This document shows positions 23,519-32,198 of a stretch of DNA of 64,000 nucleotides, one piece after another. Origin of the DNA: Clostridiales bacterium DTU083 (GTDB lineage Bacteria; Bacillota; Clostridia; Caldicoprobacterales; DTU083). Location of the stretch: NCBI GenBank assembly GCA_001512915.1, contig LFTC01000079.1, forward strand, positions 19,166 to 83,165. The letters are read 5' to 3'. Each line of letters opens with the position of its first letter. Position 1 is the first letter of the stretch. The position numbers were made by a program, and so were the translations under genes. The notes beneath the pieces are model-generated. The model searched no databases. It worked only from the letters and a program-made list of their open reading frames with translations, and was not told the DNA's origin.

Positions 23519-24022
23519 CTATTTATATATACCCAGAATCTTAATAAAGCGTATTCTGGTCCAGAAATAATTTGACAGCGGATATTCCTTCCTGTCATAG
23601 CTGTGTGTATTTATAAGGATATTGTTTATATCAGGTGCTTTACCGCATTTAACTATTATAAGAGAATGGCTGAATCTGCCCGATTCCTGAAAAGCCAGCT
23701 GAATTATGTCTCCAGCTTCAACTTCTGTAACGTTTGCCTCCCTGCCAAAGGGCCCTGCTCCGCCTGTCTGCCTTGTAAGAAAATTATAAAGGTATGGAAC
23801 TCCTGTCCATGCAGGCGCCCTTTCATTGGCATTAATATAATACCAGCCCAGGTCCTTTGTATAGTTCATTACTCCGCCGCCTGCGTACAGGCATTGGGAT
23901 ACAAAATTTGTACAGTCTCCTCCCAGACCGGAAAAGTCATAATAAGCAGGATTTCTGCTTAAAGCCCATCTATTTGCATATTCCACTGCTTTTTTCCTGT
24001 CATAAAGCTTGATTTGGACCAT
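23519..24022 (-). CDS. Putative amidase-domain protein (NlpC/P60-like Cys hydrolase fold)
   Basis: 167-aa ORF (KAVEYANRWALSRNPAYYDFSGLGGDCTNFVSQCLYAGG), characteristic of the 'putative amidase domain' family. Confidence 0.7.
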   Translation of the reverse strand: MVQIKLYDRKKAVEYANRWALSRNPAYYDFSGLGGDCTNFVSQCLYAGGGVMNYTKDLGWYYINANERAPAWTGVPYLYNFLTRQTGGAGPFGREANVTEVEAGDIIQLAFQESGRFSHSLIIVKCGKAPDINNILINTHSYDRKEYPLSNYFWTRIRFIKILGIYK

Positions 24023-24076
24023 AGAAAAACCCTCCGCTATCCTTTATTTTATGCGAAGGGTTGAAGATATGTTTAC

Positions 24077-24817
24077 TTACATTTCGAAGTCATCAGGAAA
24101 TTCGGCATTGTGGTATACATTCTGTACATCGTCATTATCTTCCATCATGTCTATCAGTTTCATAACGCTTTCAGCCTGCTCTTTACTCAGCTGCACTGTA
24201 TTTTTTGGTATCATAGCTATTTCTGCAGATGCTAAAGTGTAGCCGGCATTTTCCATAGCTTCCCGGACGGCGGAAAATTCCGCAGGATCGGTATAGATTT
24301 CAAAAACATCGGCTTCATCGGACACATCTTCAGCACCAGCCTCAATAGCTGACATCATCAGTTCTTCCTCATCCAGGTCTTCCTTATTTTCAATTACTAT
24401 CAGGCCTTTACGATCAAACATCCAGGAAACACAGCCCGATGCGCCAAGACTGCCGCCGTTCCGATCGAATATATACCGCATTTCACTGGCCGTTCTGTTG
24501 CGGTTATCCGTTAATGCCTCTACGATAATTGCAACCCCGTTGGGACCGTATCCTTCGTAAGTAATGCTTTCATAGTTTACTGACTGGTCCTCACCGGATG
24601 CTCTTTTTATATTCCGTATTATATTTTCATTGGGCATGTTGTTGGCCCTTGCTTTTGCTATTGCATCCTTAAGACGAGGGTTGGTATTTGGATCGCTTCC
24701 CCCTTCTTTTACTGCAACTGCGATTTCCCGTCCAAGCTTAGTAAATATTTTGCCCCTCTGTGCATCAGTTTTTGCCTTTTTATGCTTTATATTAGCCCAT
24801 TTAGAATGGCCGGCCAT
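24077..24817 (-). CDS. yebC: YebC/PmpR (TACO1) family protein
   Basis: 246-aa ORF beginning [32 protein letters not shown]. Confidence 0.93.
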   Translation of the reverse strand: MAGHSKWANIKHKKAKTDAQRGKIFTKLGREIAVAVKEGGSDPNTNPRLKDAIAKARANNMPNENIIRNIKRASGEDQSVNYESITYEGYGPNGVAIIVEALTDNRNRTASEMRYIFDRNGGSLGASGCVSWMFDRKGLIVIENKEDLDEEELMMSAIEAGAEDVSDEADVFEIYTDPAEFSAVREAMENAGYTLASAEIAMIPKNTVQLSKEQAESVMKLIDMMEDNDDVQNVYHNAEFPDDFEM

Positions 24818-24892
24818 AAATAACCCTCCTATGTGGATATAAAAATTGGTTTTTTAAAATATTATCATATGATGAAATCCATGTAAAGCTGG

Positions 24893-25552
24893 CTATTCAA
24901 TGGGCACTAAGTTCAGCATCTGATCTTCATTATCCACATTTACGTATGTATCCGGCACATCACCTATTATAATGGTTTCAGTAATGGGAACCTTAGTGGC
25001 GACATTTATTATGTCGCTTCCCAATGGCACAACTATGCGTACCTGGGTCTGCATCTCCATGTATATTTTGTGCCGGGTCTGGTTAATTCCGGCTTGTTTG
25101 AACTCATCACTAAAATTTATGGATACAGAGCCTACCGGAATTATTTTTACCTTTATATTGGGCCCCCAGCCTGACAATATTTTGCTTTTTGTTATGGAAC
25201 CCAATGGTATATCAATACCTTCGGCTCCCAGGGAGCGAATTTCATCCTGTGCCAAAGTCGAAGTCTCGCGGGCCAGAGTGTTGATTAAAATAGTGTTGTA
25301 TTGTATCATGGCTATTTTACCATCTTTGTCAGTCAGGATGTTAGTAAGGTCAGTATATTTTATGTCGCTGCCCAGTATTTTACTCACAGCATTGTTCATG
25401 GCAAGTACGGCTATATACTCTATTTTTGCCTCAGACATGGCAATTATTGTCGGCTTAACTCCGGTATCAATGATAAAAAATATTAAGAATGCAGCAAGAA
25501 TCAGTATCATAAGGATAATAAGAAACCTGAGTCCAGGCTTTATGCGGCGCAT
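24893..25552 (-). CDS. yunB: Sporulation protein YunB
   Basis: TM anchor followed by a YunB-like body. The preferred start is MRRIKPG at 25552, with a GGGGAGGTG RBS 6 nt upstream, rather than the ORF-track ATG at 25573. Confidence 0.8.
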   Translation of the reverse strand: MRRIKPGLRFLIILMILILAAFLIFFIIDTGVKPTIIAMSEAKIEYIAVLAMNNAVSKILGSDIKYTDLTNILTDKDGKIAMIQYNTILINTLARETSTLAQDEIRSLGAEGIDIPLGSITKSKILSGWGPNIKVKIIPVGSVSINFSDEFKQAGINQTRHKIYMEMQTQVRIVVPLGSDIINVATKVPITETIIIGDVPDTYVNVDNEDQMLNLVPIE

Positions 25553-25571
25553 AAGCTGCACCTCCCCATAC

Positions 25572-25599
25572 ATTCTATGAGGCCGGTGTAGGAAATGTG
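25572..25599 (-). promoter_or_regulatory. Candidate sigma-E type promoter for yunB
   Basis: On the minus strand: CACATTT (25599-25593), 13 nt, CATAGAAT (25579-25572). This resembles the mother-cell sigma-E consensus (tcATAtt, 13-14 nt, CATAcaaT). yunB is sigma-E dependent in B. subtilis. Confidence 0.3.
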
Positions 25600-25685
25600 C
25601 ATATATACTTTACTTTTTGAATTTACCATTATACAATTGTGTTATAAAAAGATAGCAAACTGCTGTATGTTCATACGGAGGTTAT

Positions 25686-28631
25686 ATGGATACCAAAAAT
25701 AAAAACAAGGAAAATCAAGATAAAAATAGCTCATCCAAGAATCGGTTTGCCAAGTATTTCACCAATCGGAAAAAAGAGCCTAATTTTTTCCTTTCGGTAC
25801 TGGTTACCAGTATTAAGCTTATGGTGATCGCCATTCTTGTAATGGGCTTTGCGGGTTTTGGCGCCCTTCTGGGGATTGCAAAAGCCTACGTGGAGGGAAC
25901 CCCTGAACTGGACGTAAACCGGATCGAGGAACAAAGCCTGACCTCCTTTATATATGACAAGGACGGCAACCTGATAGCCGAGTATAAGGGCTTGGAGCAC
26001 CGTATCTGGGCTCCCCTGGAAGAGATTCCAGAGAAACTGCAGCAAGCTCTGATTGCAACGGAGGACGTCAGATTTTACACGCACAAAGGACTGGATTACA
26101 AACGGCTGGCCGGTGCATTTATCAACAATCTTAGAAGTGAAACCGTACAGGGCGGCAGCACCATTACACAGCAGCTGATTAAAAATACTTTGCTTAGCCC
26201 TGAGCAAACCTATAAGCGTAAAATTCAGGAAGCATACCTGGCTATTCAACTGGAACAGGAATATGAAAAGGATGAAATTCTGGAAGCATACCTGAATACT
26301 ATATATCTGGGGAGCGGCAACTATGGAGTAAAAGCAGCCGCAATAAACTATTTTGGGAAAGAATTAAAGGATCTGAACTTAAGAGAATGTGCGGCTCTTG
26401 TGGGAATAACCAAAAATCCCTACCGATATGATCTCAGGCTTAACTTTTACAGCAGAAACGCACCGGAAGTAACCTATGAGAGAACAAACCTGGTATTAAG
26501 GCTTATGTACGAGAACGGATTTATTACCAGGGAAGAATATGAAAAAGCCAAGTTTGATGTTGAAAATCCCGGCAGTTTAAAAAATGCTGATTTTGTTGTG
26601 CTGGAGGAATCCAGCAATCAAAAACTGTACGACCATCCATACTTTGTTGAATATGTAATCAACGAGCTGGTTGAAGAACTGATGAAACAGAATAACTGGG
26701 AAGGATCTGAAGGCAGAAAAAAAGCCAACAATCTGATTCAGACCGGCGGATTGCATATTTACACTACCCTGGATCCGGAAATTCAGAAAATAGTGGAAGA
26801 TACCATATATAATTATGACAATTATCCAAGCACCAGGAATTCAAAGGACAGCATAAAGCGTGAAAAAGTAGGCGACAGAGTTATTGAAATTCCGCAGCCC
26901 CAGGCAGCCGCAGTTGTGTTGGATCACTCCACAGGTGAATTGAGAGCAATTGTAGGCGGCAGAATGGATCCCCAGGAGCGCTTCTGGAACAACCGGGCAA
27001 ATCAGGACTGGGCGCCTGGTTCTTCAATTAAGCCTATAGCTGTATATGCCCCTTTTATTGAAGCAGGCTATCCTGGAGGTTACATTATAGAGGACATACC
27101 GGTTCCCATAGACGGTTGGGATGACGGAGGAGGAAAAGGTTATCCCTCCAATTATACAGACACCAGATTTTACGGCCCGGTTACAGCCAAAAGAGCTGTT
27201 CAGAATTCCTATAATATTTCTGCTGCCAGAACCCTGCTGGAAAGAGTCGGTGTTGAATACTCCATGAACAAGCTTAAAGAACTGGGCATTACCGGGGAAA
27301 ACTATGTGGAAAAACCTCTTCCTTCAAACCTGTCATTAGGCAGTGACCCCATAAACATGATTGAAGTAACTGCTGCTTTTGGCACATTGGCCAACAGGGG
27401 AGTTTATAAGGAGCCGACTTCCATAACCAAAGTATTGGACAGGGAAGGCAATATTATTATTGACAAGGAATCACAGCAGCTTACCTTGTCTGTTTTCAAG
27501 GAAAGCACAGCCTTCATTATAACCGACTGGCTGCAAAATGCAGTGGCGAACGGTACCGGAACACGGGCTCGCTTCAGCAACATGAGTATTGCCGGCAAAA
27601 CAGGCACCAACAATGATTTCCGCGGTGTGTTCTTTGCCGGTTATACCCCTTACTATACTGCCACTGTAATGATTGGCCATGATACCCACAGCATCTCATT
27701 AAGGGATGGAACTACCGGCGGTGTAGGCGCCGCACCGCTGTGGAAGGCTTTTATGGAGAAGATTCATGAAGGCCTGGAAAACAAGCCTTTTTACGAGGAA
27801 ATACCTGAGGGAGTCAGATCAGTTACTGTGTGCGCAGTGTCAGGCAAGCTGCCAACTGATGAGTGTGCTGAAACCGTAACTGACTACTTCCCCAGCAATG
27901 CAGTACCCAAAGATCATTGCGACATGCATCGGAAGATTACAGTTTGCGGATTCTCAGGCAAATTGCCTTCACCTTATTGTCCTGAAGAGCATCTAATAAC
28001 AAAGTCTGTCATCGTGCTTCCCAAGGATTCCAAATACCAGCAGCTGACAGATGAACAGCTGAGTAAAATAGAAGCATTGGCCGGAGCATTCAGAAGTCTG
28101 GAAGACCTGGATCAGTATGACTATAACAATCCCGATCATGCCGATAAGTTCTGTCCTCTTCATACCGCCGAATGGCATAAGGGGGAAGAGATGAGGGATA
28201 ATCTTGCACAAGAGGCTGATCAATTGATAGCTCAGATATCAGGAGATATAGTCAAGTATGCAGATTATCTTAAGAAACCACAAATAGATGCATTGAACAA
28301 GATAATGGACAAGCTGAAGGAATTACTAACTGCAGAAGAGCTGGAGCTTCCTGGGGAGGACGATCCTTATTACACGGAAATTCCCTCCTTCAAGCCTGAT
28401 AAGATACAGGAAGAAATGGACAGGCTCAGGAAAACCTATGAATCCATATTTGATTCATCTTTCTGGGAGAGCGTAAATGCTGGCTCTGAAAACGGCAATG
28501 AGAGCAACAATAACAATAGTGGCAATAAAAACAATGGTAACGTAGACAACAATGGACGGAACGGCCAAAACGGCAATAATCATAATAAGGGAAATAACCA
28601 AAAAAACAACCGGGATAACAATGATGACTGA
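25686..28631 (+). CDS. Class A penicillin-binding protein (glycosyltransferase + transpeptidase) with Cys-pair modules and an Asn-rich tail
   Basis: 981-aa ORF with an N-terminal TM segment and GT51 motifs (EDVRFYTHKGLD, GGSTITQQL). Transpeptidase motifs are present (SSIKP, SYN, KTGT). A GGAGG RBS precedes the ATG. Confidence 0.93.
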   Translation: MDTKNKNKENQDKNSSSKNRFAKYFTNRKKEPNFFLSVLVTSIKLMVIAILVMGFAGFGALLGIAKAYVEGTPELDVNRIEEQSLTSFIYDKDGNLIAEYKGLEHRIWAPLEEIPEKLQQALIATEDVRFYTHKGLDYKRLAGAFINNLRSETVQGGSTITQQLIKNTLLSPEQTYKRKIQEAYLAIQLEQEYEKDEILEAYLNTIYLGSGNYGVKAAAINYFGKELKDLNLRECAALVGITKNPYRYDLRLNFYSRNAPEVTYERTNLVLRLMYENGFITREEYEKAKFDVENPGSLKNADFVVLEESSNQKLYDHPYFVEYVINELVEELMKQNNWEGSEGRKKANNLIQTGGLHIYTTLDPEIQKIVEDTIYNYDNYPSTRNSKDSIKREKVGDRVIEIPQPQAAAVVLDHSTGELRAIVGGRMDPQERFWNNRANQDWAPGSSIKPIAVYAPFIEAGYPGGYIIEDIPVPIDGWDDGGGKGYPSNYTDTRFYGPVTAKRAVQNSYNISAARTLLERVGVEYSMNKLKELGITGENYVEKPLPSNLSLGSDPINMIEVTAAFGTLANRGVYKEPTSITKVLDREGNIIIDKESQQLTLSVFKESTAFIITDWLQNAVANGTGTRARFSNMSIAGKTGTNNDFRGVFFAGYTPYYTATVMIGHDTHSISLRDGTTGGVGAAPLWKAFMEKIHEGLENKPFYEEIPEGVRSVTVCAVSGKLPTDECAETVTDYFPSNAVPKDHCDMHRKITVCGFSGKLPSPYCPEEHLITKSVIVLPKDSKYQQLTDEQLSKIEALAGAFRSLEDLDQYDYNNPDHADKFCPLHTAEWHKGEEMRDNLAQEADQLIAQISGDIVKYADYLKKPQIDALNKIMDKLKELLTAEELELPGEDDPYYTEIPSFKPDKIQEEMDRLRKTYESIFDSSFWESVNAGSENGNESNNNNSGNKNNGNVDNNGRNGQNGNNHNKGNNQKNNRDNNDD

Positions 28632-28633
28632 GA

Positions 28634-28663
28634 AGACCCGCTTACATGCGGGTTTTCTTTTTT
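28634..28663 (+). terminator. Rho-independent terminator after the PBP gene
   Basis: ACCCGC-ttacat-GCGGGT followed by TTTTCTTTTTT. Confidence 0.75.
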
Positions 28664-28808
28664 ATAGTTTATTTTTCTTGCAAGCCTTCTGCTTCACATC
28701 TTTTTCTGCGGCCTGGCTGGTAATGTCCGGATGCCGTATTTCATTTTCCCTGGGGTTTTTTCCAAGCGGAACGCATTCATTCAATTGATGGTATTCTTTC
28801 TTTCTCAC
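28662..28808 (-). CDS. Unannotated 48-codon basic small protein, candidate last cistron of the spoVA unit
   Basis: GTG start at 28808, preceded by GAGGTGGG with a 3-nt gap (5 nt if the core is taken as GAGGTG) and lying 16 nt after the spoVAB stop. Translation: MRKKEYHQLNECVPLGKNPRENEIRHPDITSQAAEKDVKQKACKKNKL. It ends at the shared terminator and has no family I recognise. Confidence 0.45.
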   Translation of the reverse strand: MRKKEYHQLNECVPLGKNPRENEIRHPDITSQAAEKDVKQKACKKNKL

Positions 28809-28824
28809 AAGCCCACCTCAGATT

Positions 28825-29244
28825 TCAGTGAAACCCCGGTACCAGAAAAAACAGCAAAGAGCCGGCTATCTTACCAATCAGCAGGGTCATAACTATCAGG
28901 TACACCCATTTGGCTATGCCCAGTTTATTGACTGTCGCTGAGATTATGTCCAGGGTTTCAGTCAGAGCAGACGTAACGGTCCCAACAAAAATACCTGCTA
29001 AAATTCCCAGAGGTATCGTAAGAAAATTTAAGTATTTTAATGTAAAGTCAAAAAAATATACAAGGCAGGAAAGCAATGCTCCAAGAACCATACTGATCTG
29101 ATAAAATATCAGATATTCATTTTTTTTGCTCCATTTGACGATTTGTGCAGTTACACCCAATACAACAAAAAAAGCGGTTATGCTTGCACCTATGGCCAAC
29201 CCTCCTGCTAAACCTGCCAATATTGTAATTACATATTTTATCAA
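28825..29244 (-). CDS. spoVAB: Stage V sporulation protein AB
   Basis: 139-aa membrane ORF. SALTETLDI and IGKIAGSL match B. subtilis SpoVAB segments (AALTEVLNV, IGKIAGSL). It overlaps spoVAA by 4 nt. Confidence 0.85.
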   Translation of the reverse strand: MIKYVITILAGLAGGLAIGASITAFFVVLGVTAQIVKWSKKNEYLIFYQISMVLGALLSCLVYFFDFTLKYLNFLTIPLGILAGIFVGTVTSALTETLDIISATVNKLGIAKWVYLIVMTLLIGKIAGSLLFFLVPGFH

Positions 29245-29849
29245 ATCTGATTTTTGCCCTCCTGATCCCTTAAGTAATCTCTCAGCTCTTTTTCTGACTG
29301 ATGCATTTCCAATTCCAGCGGCCCTGGATTGTCTTTATCCTTTATCTTGTTGTAGATTTCAAAAAAAATGAATATACCGGCACCTATTCCAATGGAGTAA
29401 GAAACTGAAAACAAGATAGGGCTGCTCACTTTTTCTCCGCTGATTAAATAATAAAACATCCGATGTGCTTCATTCATGTTGACATCAGAATGAAAATACA
29501 TAATGGCTAAAGCAGAACCGAAAAAAAGCAGAAGCATGGAAAAGGCCACACGCAGAAATACCAGCAGCGGATTTTCCTTTTCTTGTTTTACGGGCTGATA
29601 CAAAGCCGAGGATTCGCCTATGGGAATAACTGATATATTGCTGACTTCCTGCTTAATCAGACCTATTACCTGTACTGATGTCAGTCTGACCGGCTTACTG
29701 ATGCCTTCCGGAAAAACAGGTATTCTTTCAATTTGCTGTCTGATTTCATGAGATGCAGTCATTTCAATAAAATCTCCTAGGTAAGCTTTTTCTTCCGGCT
29801 GCTTATTATAGAATGGCTTAAACTGAAAATAAACCTCCTCATGAACCAT
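29241..29849 (-). CDS. spoVAA: Stage V sporulation protein AA
   Basis: Clear similarity to B. subtilis SpoVAA in the membrane half (LAIMYFHSDVNMNEAH..., PLELEM). The preferred start is MVHEEVYFQF at 29849, with a GGAGGA RBS 7 nt upstream, giving 202 aa. The ORF-track start at 29915 lacks an RBS. Confidence 0.82.
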   Translation of the reverse strand: MVHEEVYFQFKPFYNKQPEEKAYLGDFIEMTASHEIRQQIERIPVFPEGISKPVRLTSVQVIGLIKQEVSNISVIPIGESSALYQPVKQEKENPLLVFLRVAFSMLLLFFGSALAIMYFHSDVNMNEAHRMFYYLISGEKVSSPILFSVSYSIGIGAGIFIFFEIYNKIKDKDNPGPLELEMHQSEKELRDYLRDQEGKNQI

Positions 29850-30099
29850 TATGCCATCCTCCAGCTTCATACATGATAAATTTCGCCCCTGTAAAGGATT
29901 TGTCCTTATTGGCATGCAGGCTTAGAATTGTACAAACCGAAATTAAAACAGCCAGAGCCAGGGCAATTGCAATAATTGTCCAGTTAATCTTTTTCCTGGA
30001 TTTTACTCCCCTATCCAAAGCAAGATCATCCTAATCAAATAGTATGCTTTATCCGGCATGCTTTAAATATTTTGCGCATAGAATTGATTATTATTCTAC

Positions 30100-30864
30100 C
30101 TAAAGCATTTCCCGCATCTTGTTCAGAACTTTTTTCTCAATACGGGATACCTGTACTTGAGAGATGTTAAGCATTTCGGCTATTTCACTCTGGGTCTTGT
30201 CTCTGAAATAGCGCATTATGATAATTGTTCTTTCTCGTTTGTCCAGTTTTGAGAGCAGTTCTTTTAGGGTAATGCGCTCCATTGCATCATCTGTTTCCGA
30301 CCTGTTTTCTGCTATCTTGTCAATAAGCAGAATGGGATTATCTTCATCTTCATATATAATATCATGTATGGACGCCGGAGTCCTGACTGCATCCATAGCA
30401 TATACAATTTCCTCAGGTGTGGCGCCGACAGCATCTGCAATTTCCTGTATGCTTGGATCTCTGCCCAGCTGCACCTTCAGCTGATCCCTGACAGCTGCTG
30501 ACTTGACAACCAATTCTTTTAATGAGCGGCTGACCTTTATCATTCCATCATCTCTGAGAAACCGTTTAATTTCTCCCATAATCATAGGCACAGCATAAGT
30601 GGAAAACCGCACATCATACTTTGGATCATAGTTTTGTATCGCTTTTAACAGCCCGATAGAACCAAGCTGAAACAGATCTTCATATTCATGTCCTCTGTTC
30701 AGGAATTTTTTTACTATGCTTTTAACCAAGGCTATGTTCTTGCGAACCAATATCTCCTTGGCTTCTTCATCTCCTTTTTGTGCTCTTTCCAAAAGGGACA
30801 GAGTTTCTTCATGAGTAAGCAGCCGTCTGTCATCTTCATTATATTCCGGCATAGTACTCATCAT
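30100..30864 (-). CDS. sigF: Sporulation sigma factor SigF
   Basis: 254-aa sigma-70 family ORF (regions 2-4) located after spoIIAA-spoIIAB, with an ATGA overlap with spoIIAB. Confidence 0.93.
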   Translation of the reverse strand: MMSTMPEYNEDDRRLLTHEETLSLLERAQKGDEEAKEILVRKNIALVKSIVKKFLNRGHEYEDLFQLGSIGLLKAIQNYDPKYDVRFSTYAVPMIMGEIKRFLRDDGMIKVSRSLKELVVKSAAVRDQLKVQLGRDPSIQEIADAVGATPEEIVYAMDAVRTPASIHDIIYEDEDNPILLIDKIAENRSETDDAMERITLKELLSKLDKRERTIIIMRYFRDKTQSEIAEMLNISQVQVSRIEKKVLNKMREML

Positions 30865-31310
30865 TCTCTCTCCGTTTCCCGCTCTTCATTGCCAATATAC
30901 TTTATCATTCTTACTTTAGTGCCCTGGCCAGGTGCGGAGATCACCTCCACTTGATCCATAAAAGTTTCCATAACAGTAAAACCCATTCCGGACCGTTCCA
31001 GCTCAGGTTTTGAAGTATAAAGTGGCTGCCTGGCAAGCTCAATGTCTTCAATGCCTTTACCATGGTCAATAACCTCTATCTCCACATATGTGTCATAAAT
31101 CCGGGTTATGATCTGCACCATCTCATTGGGATTCTCATAACCATGAATAATGGCATTGGTAACAGCCTCGGAAACGGCGGTTTTTATATCGGTTATTTCT
31201 TCTAGGGTAGGATCCAGCTGGGCTGCAAAAGCGGCTACCGCAGCTCTGGCAAATGACTCATTCTGTGACCTGCTTAAGAATTCCAGCCTCATTTCGTTTT
31301 TCACTTTCAT
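30861..31310 (-). CDS. spoIIAB: Anti-sigma F factor (serine kinase) SpoIIAB
   Basis: 149-aa ORF with GHKL ATPase motifs ([21 protein letters not shown]). Confidence 0.93.
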   Translation of the reverse strand: MKVKNEMRLEFLSRSQNESFARAAVAAFAAQLDPTLEEITDIKTAVSEAVTNAIIHGYENPNEMVQIITRIYDTYVEIEVIDHGKGIEDIELARQPLYTSKPELERSGMGFTVMETFMDQVEVISAPGQGTKVRMIKYIGNEERETERE

Positions 31311-31657
31311 ACTGATACCCTCCTGATACCATCAACTGCATGCTGAACAGTATCGTATTTTTTCAGAATTCTGTAAAGGCCTGATAATTCCAATACTTTA
31401 TGCAGCTGGGTATTGACGTTGGTTATGCATACCTGGCCTCCCCGTTTGCTGATGGTTTTATATCTGCCAATAAAGACACCGATGCCGGAACTGTCCATAA
31501 AAAATAAATCACTTAGATCCAGGATCAAATGCCTTATGGACGCATCCTCCAACAGCCTATCCAGGAAATCCCTGACCTTATCTGCTTGGTGATGATCCAA
31601 CTCGCCTTTCAAGGGAACAATCAGGATATCCCCTTTTCTCTTCCAGTCTGCCAGCAA
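31307..31657 (-). CDS. spoIIAA: Anti-sigma F factor antagonist SpoIIAA (STAS)
   Basis: STAS domain with the phosphorylatable DSSGIG motif. The preferred start is a TTG at 31657, with an AAGGAGG RBS 8 nt upstream, giving 116 aa. The ORF-track ATG at 31708 abuts the predicted -10 element. Confidence 0.85.
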   Translation of the reverse strand: MLADWKRKGDILIVPLKGELDHHQADKVRDFLDRLLEDASIRHLILDLSDLFFMDSSGIGVFIGRYKTISKRGGQVCITNVNTQLHKVLELSGLYRILKKYDTVQHAVDGIRRVSV

Positions 31658-31708
31658 TTCCTCTGCCTCCTTTATCCTCAACCGGTATTTTATGTCTTTC
31701 AATTTCAT

Positions 31709-31735
31709 ATTCTTCGTAGCCTGTTTATTTCCTGC
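31709..31735 (-). promoter_or_regulatory. Sigma-H type promoter of the spoIIA operon
   Basis: On the minus strand: GCAGGAAA (31735-31728), 12 nt, GAAGAAT (31715-31709). This matches the sigma-H consensus RnAGGwWW, 11-12 nt, RnnGAAT. The spoIIA operon is sigma-H/Spo0A dependent in Bacillus. Confidence 0.5.
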
Positions 31736-31777
31736 ATCGAATAATGAATGCTTTTGCCAGTATTTGCTGCCAAAAGC

Positions 31778-31811
31778 AAAAACCCTTACGACTTTTGTCG
31801 CAAGGGTTTTT
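31778..31811 (-). terminator. Rho-independent terminator after the 74-aa gene
   Basis: AAAAACCCTTACGAC/GTCGCAAGGGTTTTT hairpin with flanking A- and T-runs. Confidence 0.75.
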
Positions 31812-31831
31812 GTTATAAAGGTTATTAAGCT

Positions 31832-32056
31832 TTACTGTACCTCTACTTCCTGAACTTCGACCCGGATGGAGTGCTTCTTGTTCAGGTCAGCCAACACCTC
31901 GTTTTCATCCGGCCAATCTGCATATTTTTCTCGTTCTTCCTTAGTTAGGATAAGCTTATCCAATATTTCCCTGCCCGTCAATTGCCTGTTACTCACCAGC
32001 GTTTGCATTATAGGTTTGTTTTCCAAGACAGTAAGTACGGCATAAACATATTTCAT
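31832..32056 (-). CDS. Hypothetical 74-aa protein (monocistronic)
   Basis: ORF with an AAGGGAG RBS 9 nt upstream. It has its own candidate promoter (TTGAAT, 17 nt, TAGACT) and its own terminator. No recognisable domain. Confidence 0.6.
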   Translation of the reverse strand: MKYVYAVLTVLENKPIMQTLVSNRQLTGREILDKLILTKEEREKYADWPDENEVLADLNKKHSIRVEVQEVEVQ

Positions 32057-32140
32057 AAGTCCAAACTCCCTTTAGCAATTGTCCAACAAATATTAGTCTA
32101 CACCAAAACTCTGCAAGATTCAATAATTTAAAGGCATGAA

Positions 32141-32168
32141 CAAAAATAAAGCAGCAGTCAGCTGCTGC
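32141..32168 (-). terminator. Rho-independent terminator after the Tyr/Pro-rich protein gene
   Basis: GCAGCAG-tcag-CTGCTGC hairpin, followed on the minus strand by UUUAUUUUUG. Confidence 0.65.
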
Positions 32169-32198
32169 AAATTACAGAACATATGAACTATAGCCGGC

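Noticed and set aside
24972-25580. 202-aa plus-strand ORF antisense to yunB
   Set aside because: It mirrors the yunB coding region exactly and has no start signals. The yunB assignment is supported by sequence similarity and context.
28480-28631. Asn-rich coding tail as a tandem DNA repeat or VNTR
   Set aside because: The nucleotide sequence is compositionally biased (AAY/GGC/AAA codons), but I could not find an exact repeating unit. It is treated as low-complexity coding sequence.
28552-28788. 78-aa plus-strand ORF spanning the PBP tail, its terminator and the convergent gap
   Set aside because: It starts inside the PBP coding region in another frame and reads through a strong terminator hairpin. 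The minus-strand 48-codon ORF with an RBS explains the gap better.
31790-31800. Spo0A-box-like TGCGACA upstream of the spoIIA promoter
   Set aside because: It has one mismatch to TGTCGAA/TTCGACA and lies inside the terminator stem of the upstream gene. A single degenerate heptamer is not evidence.
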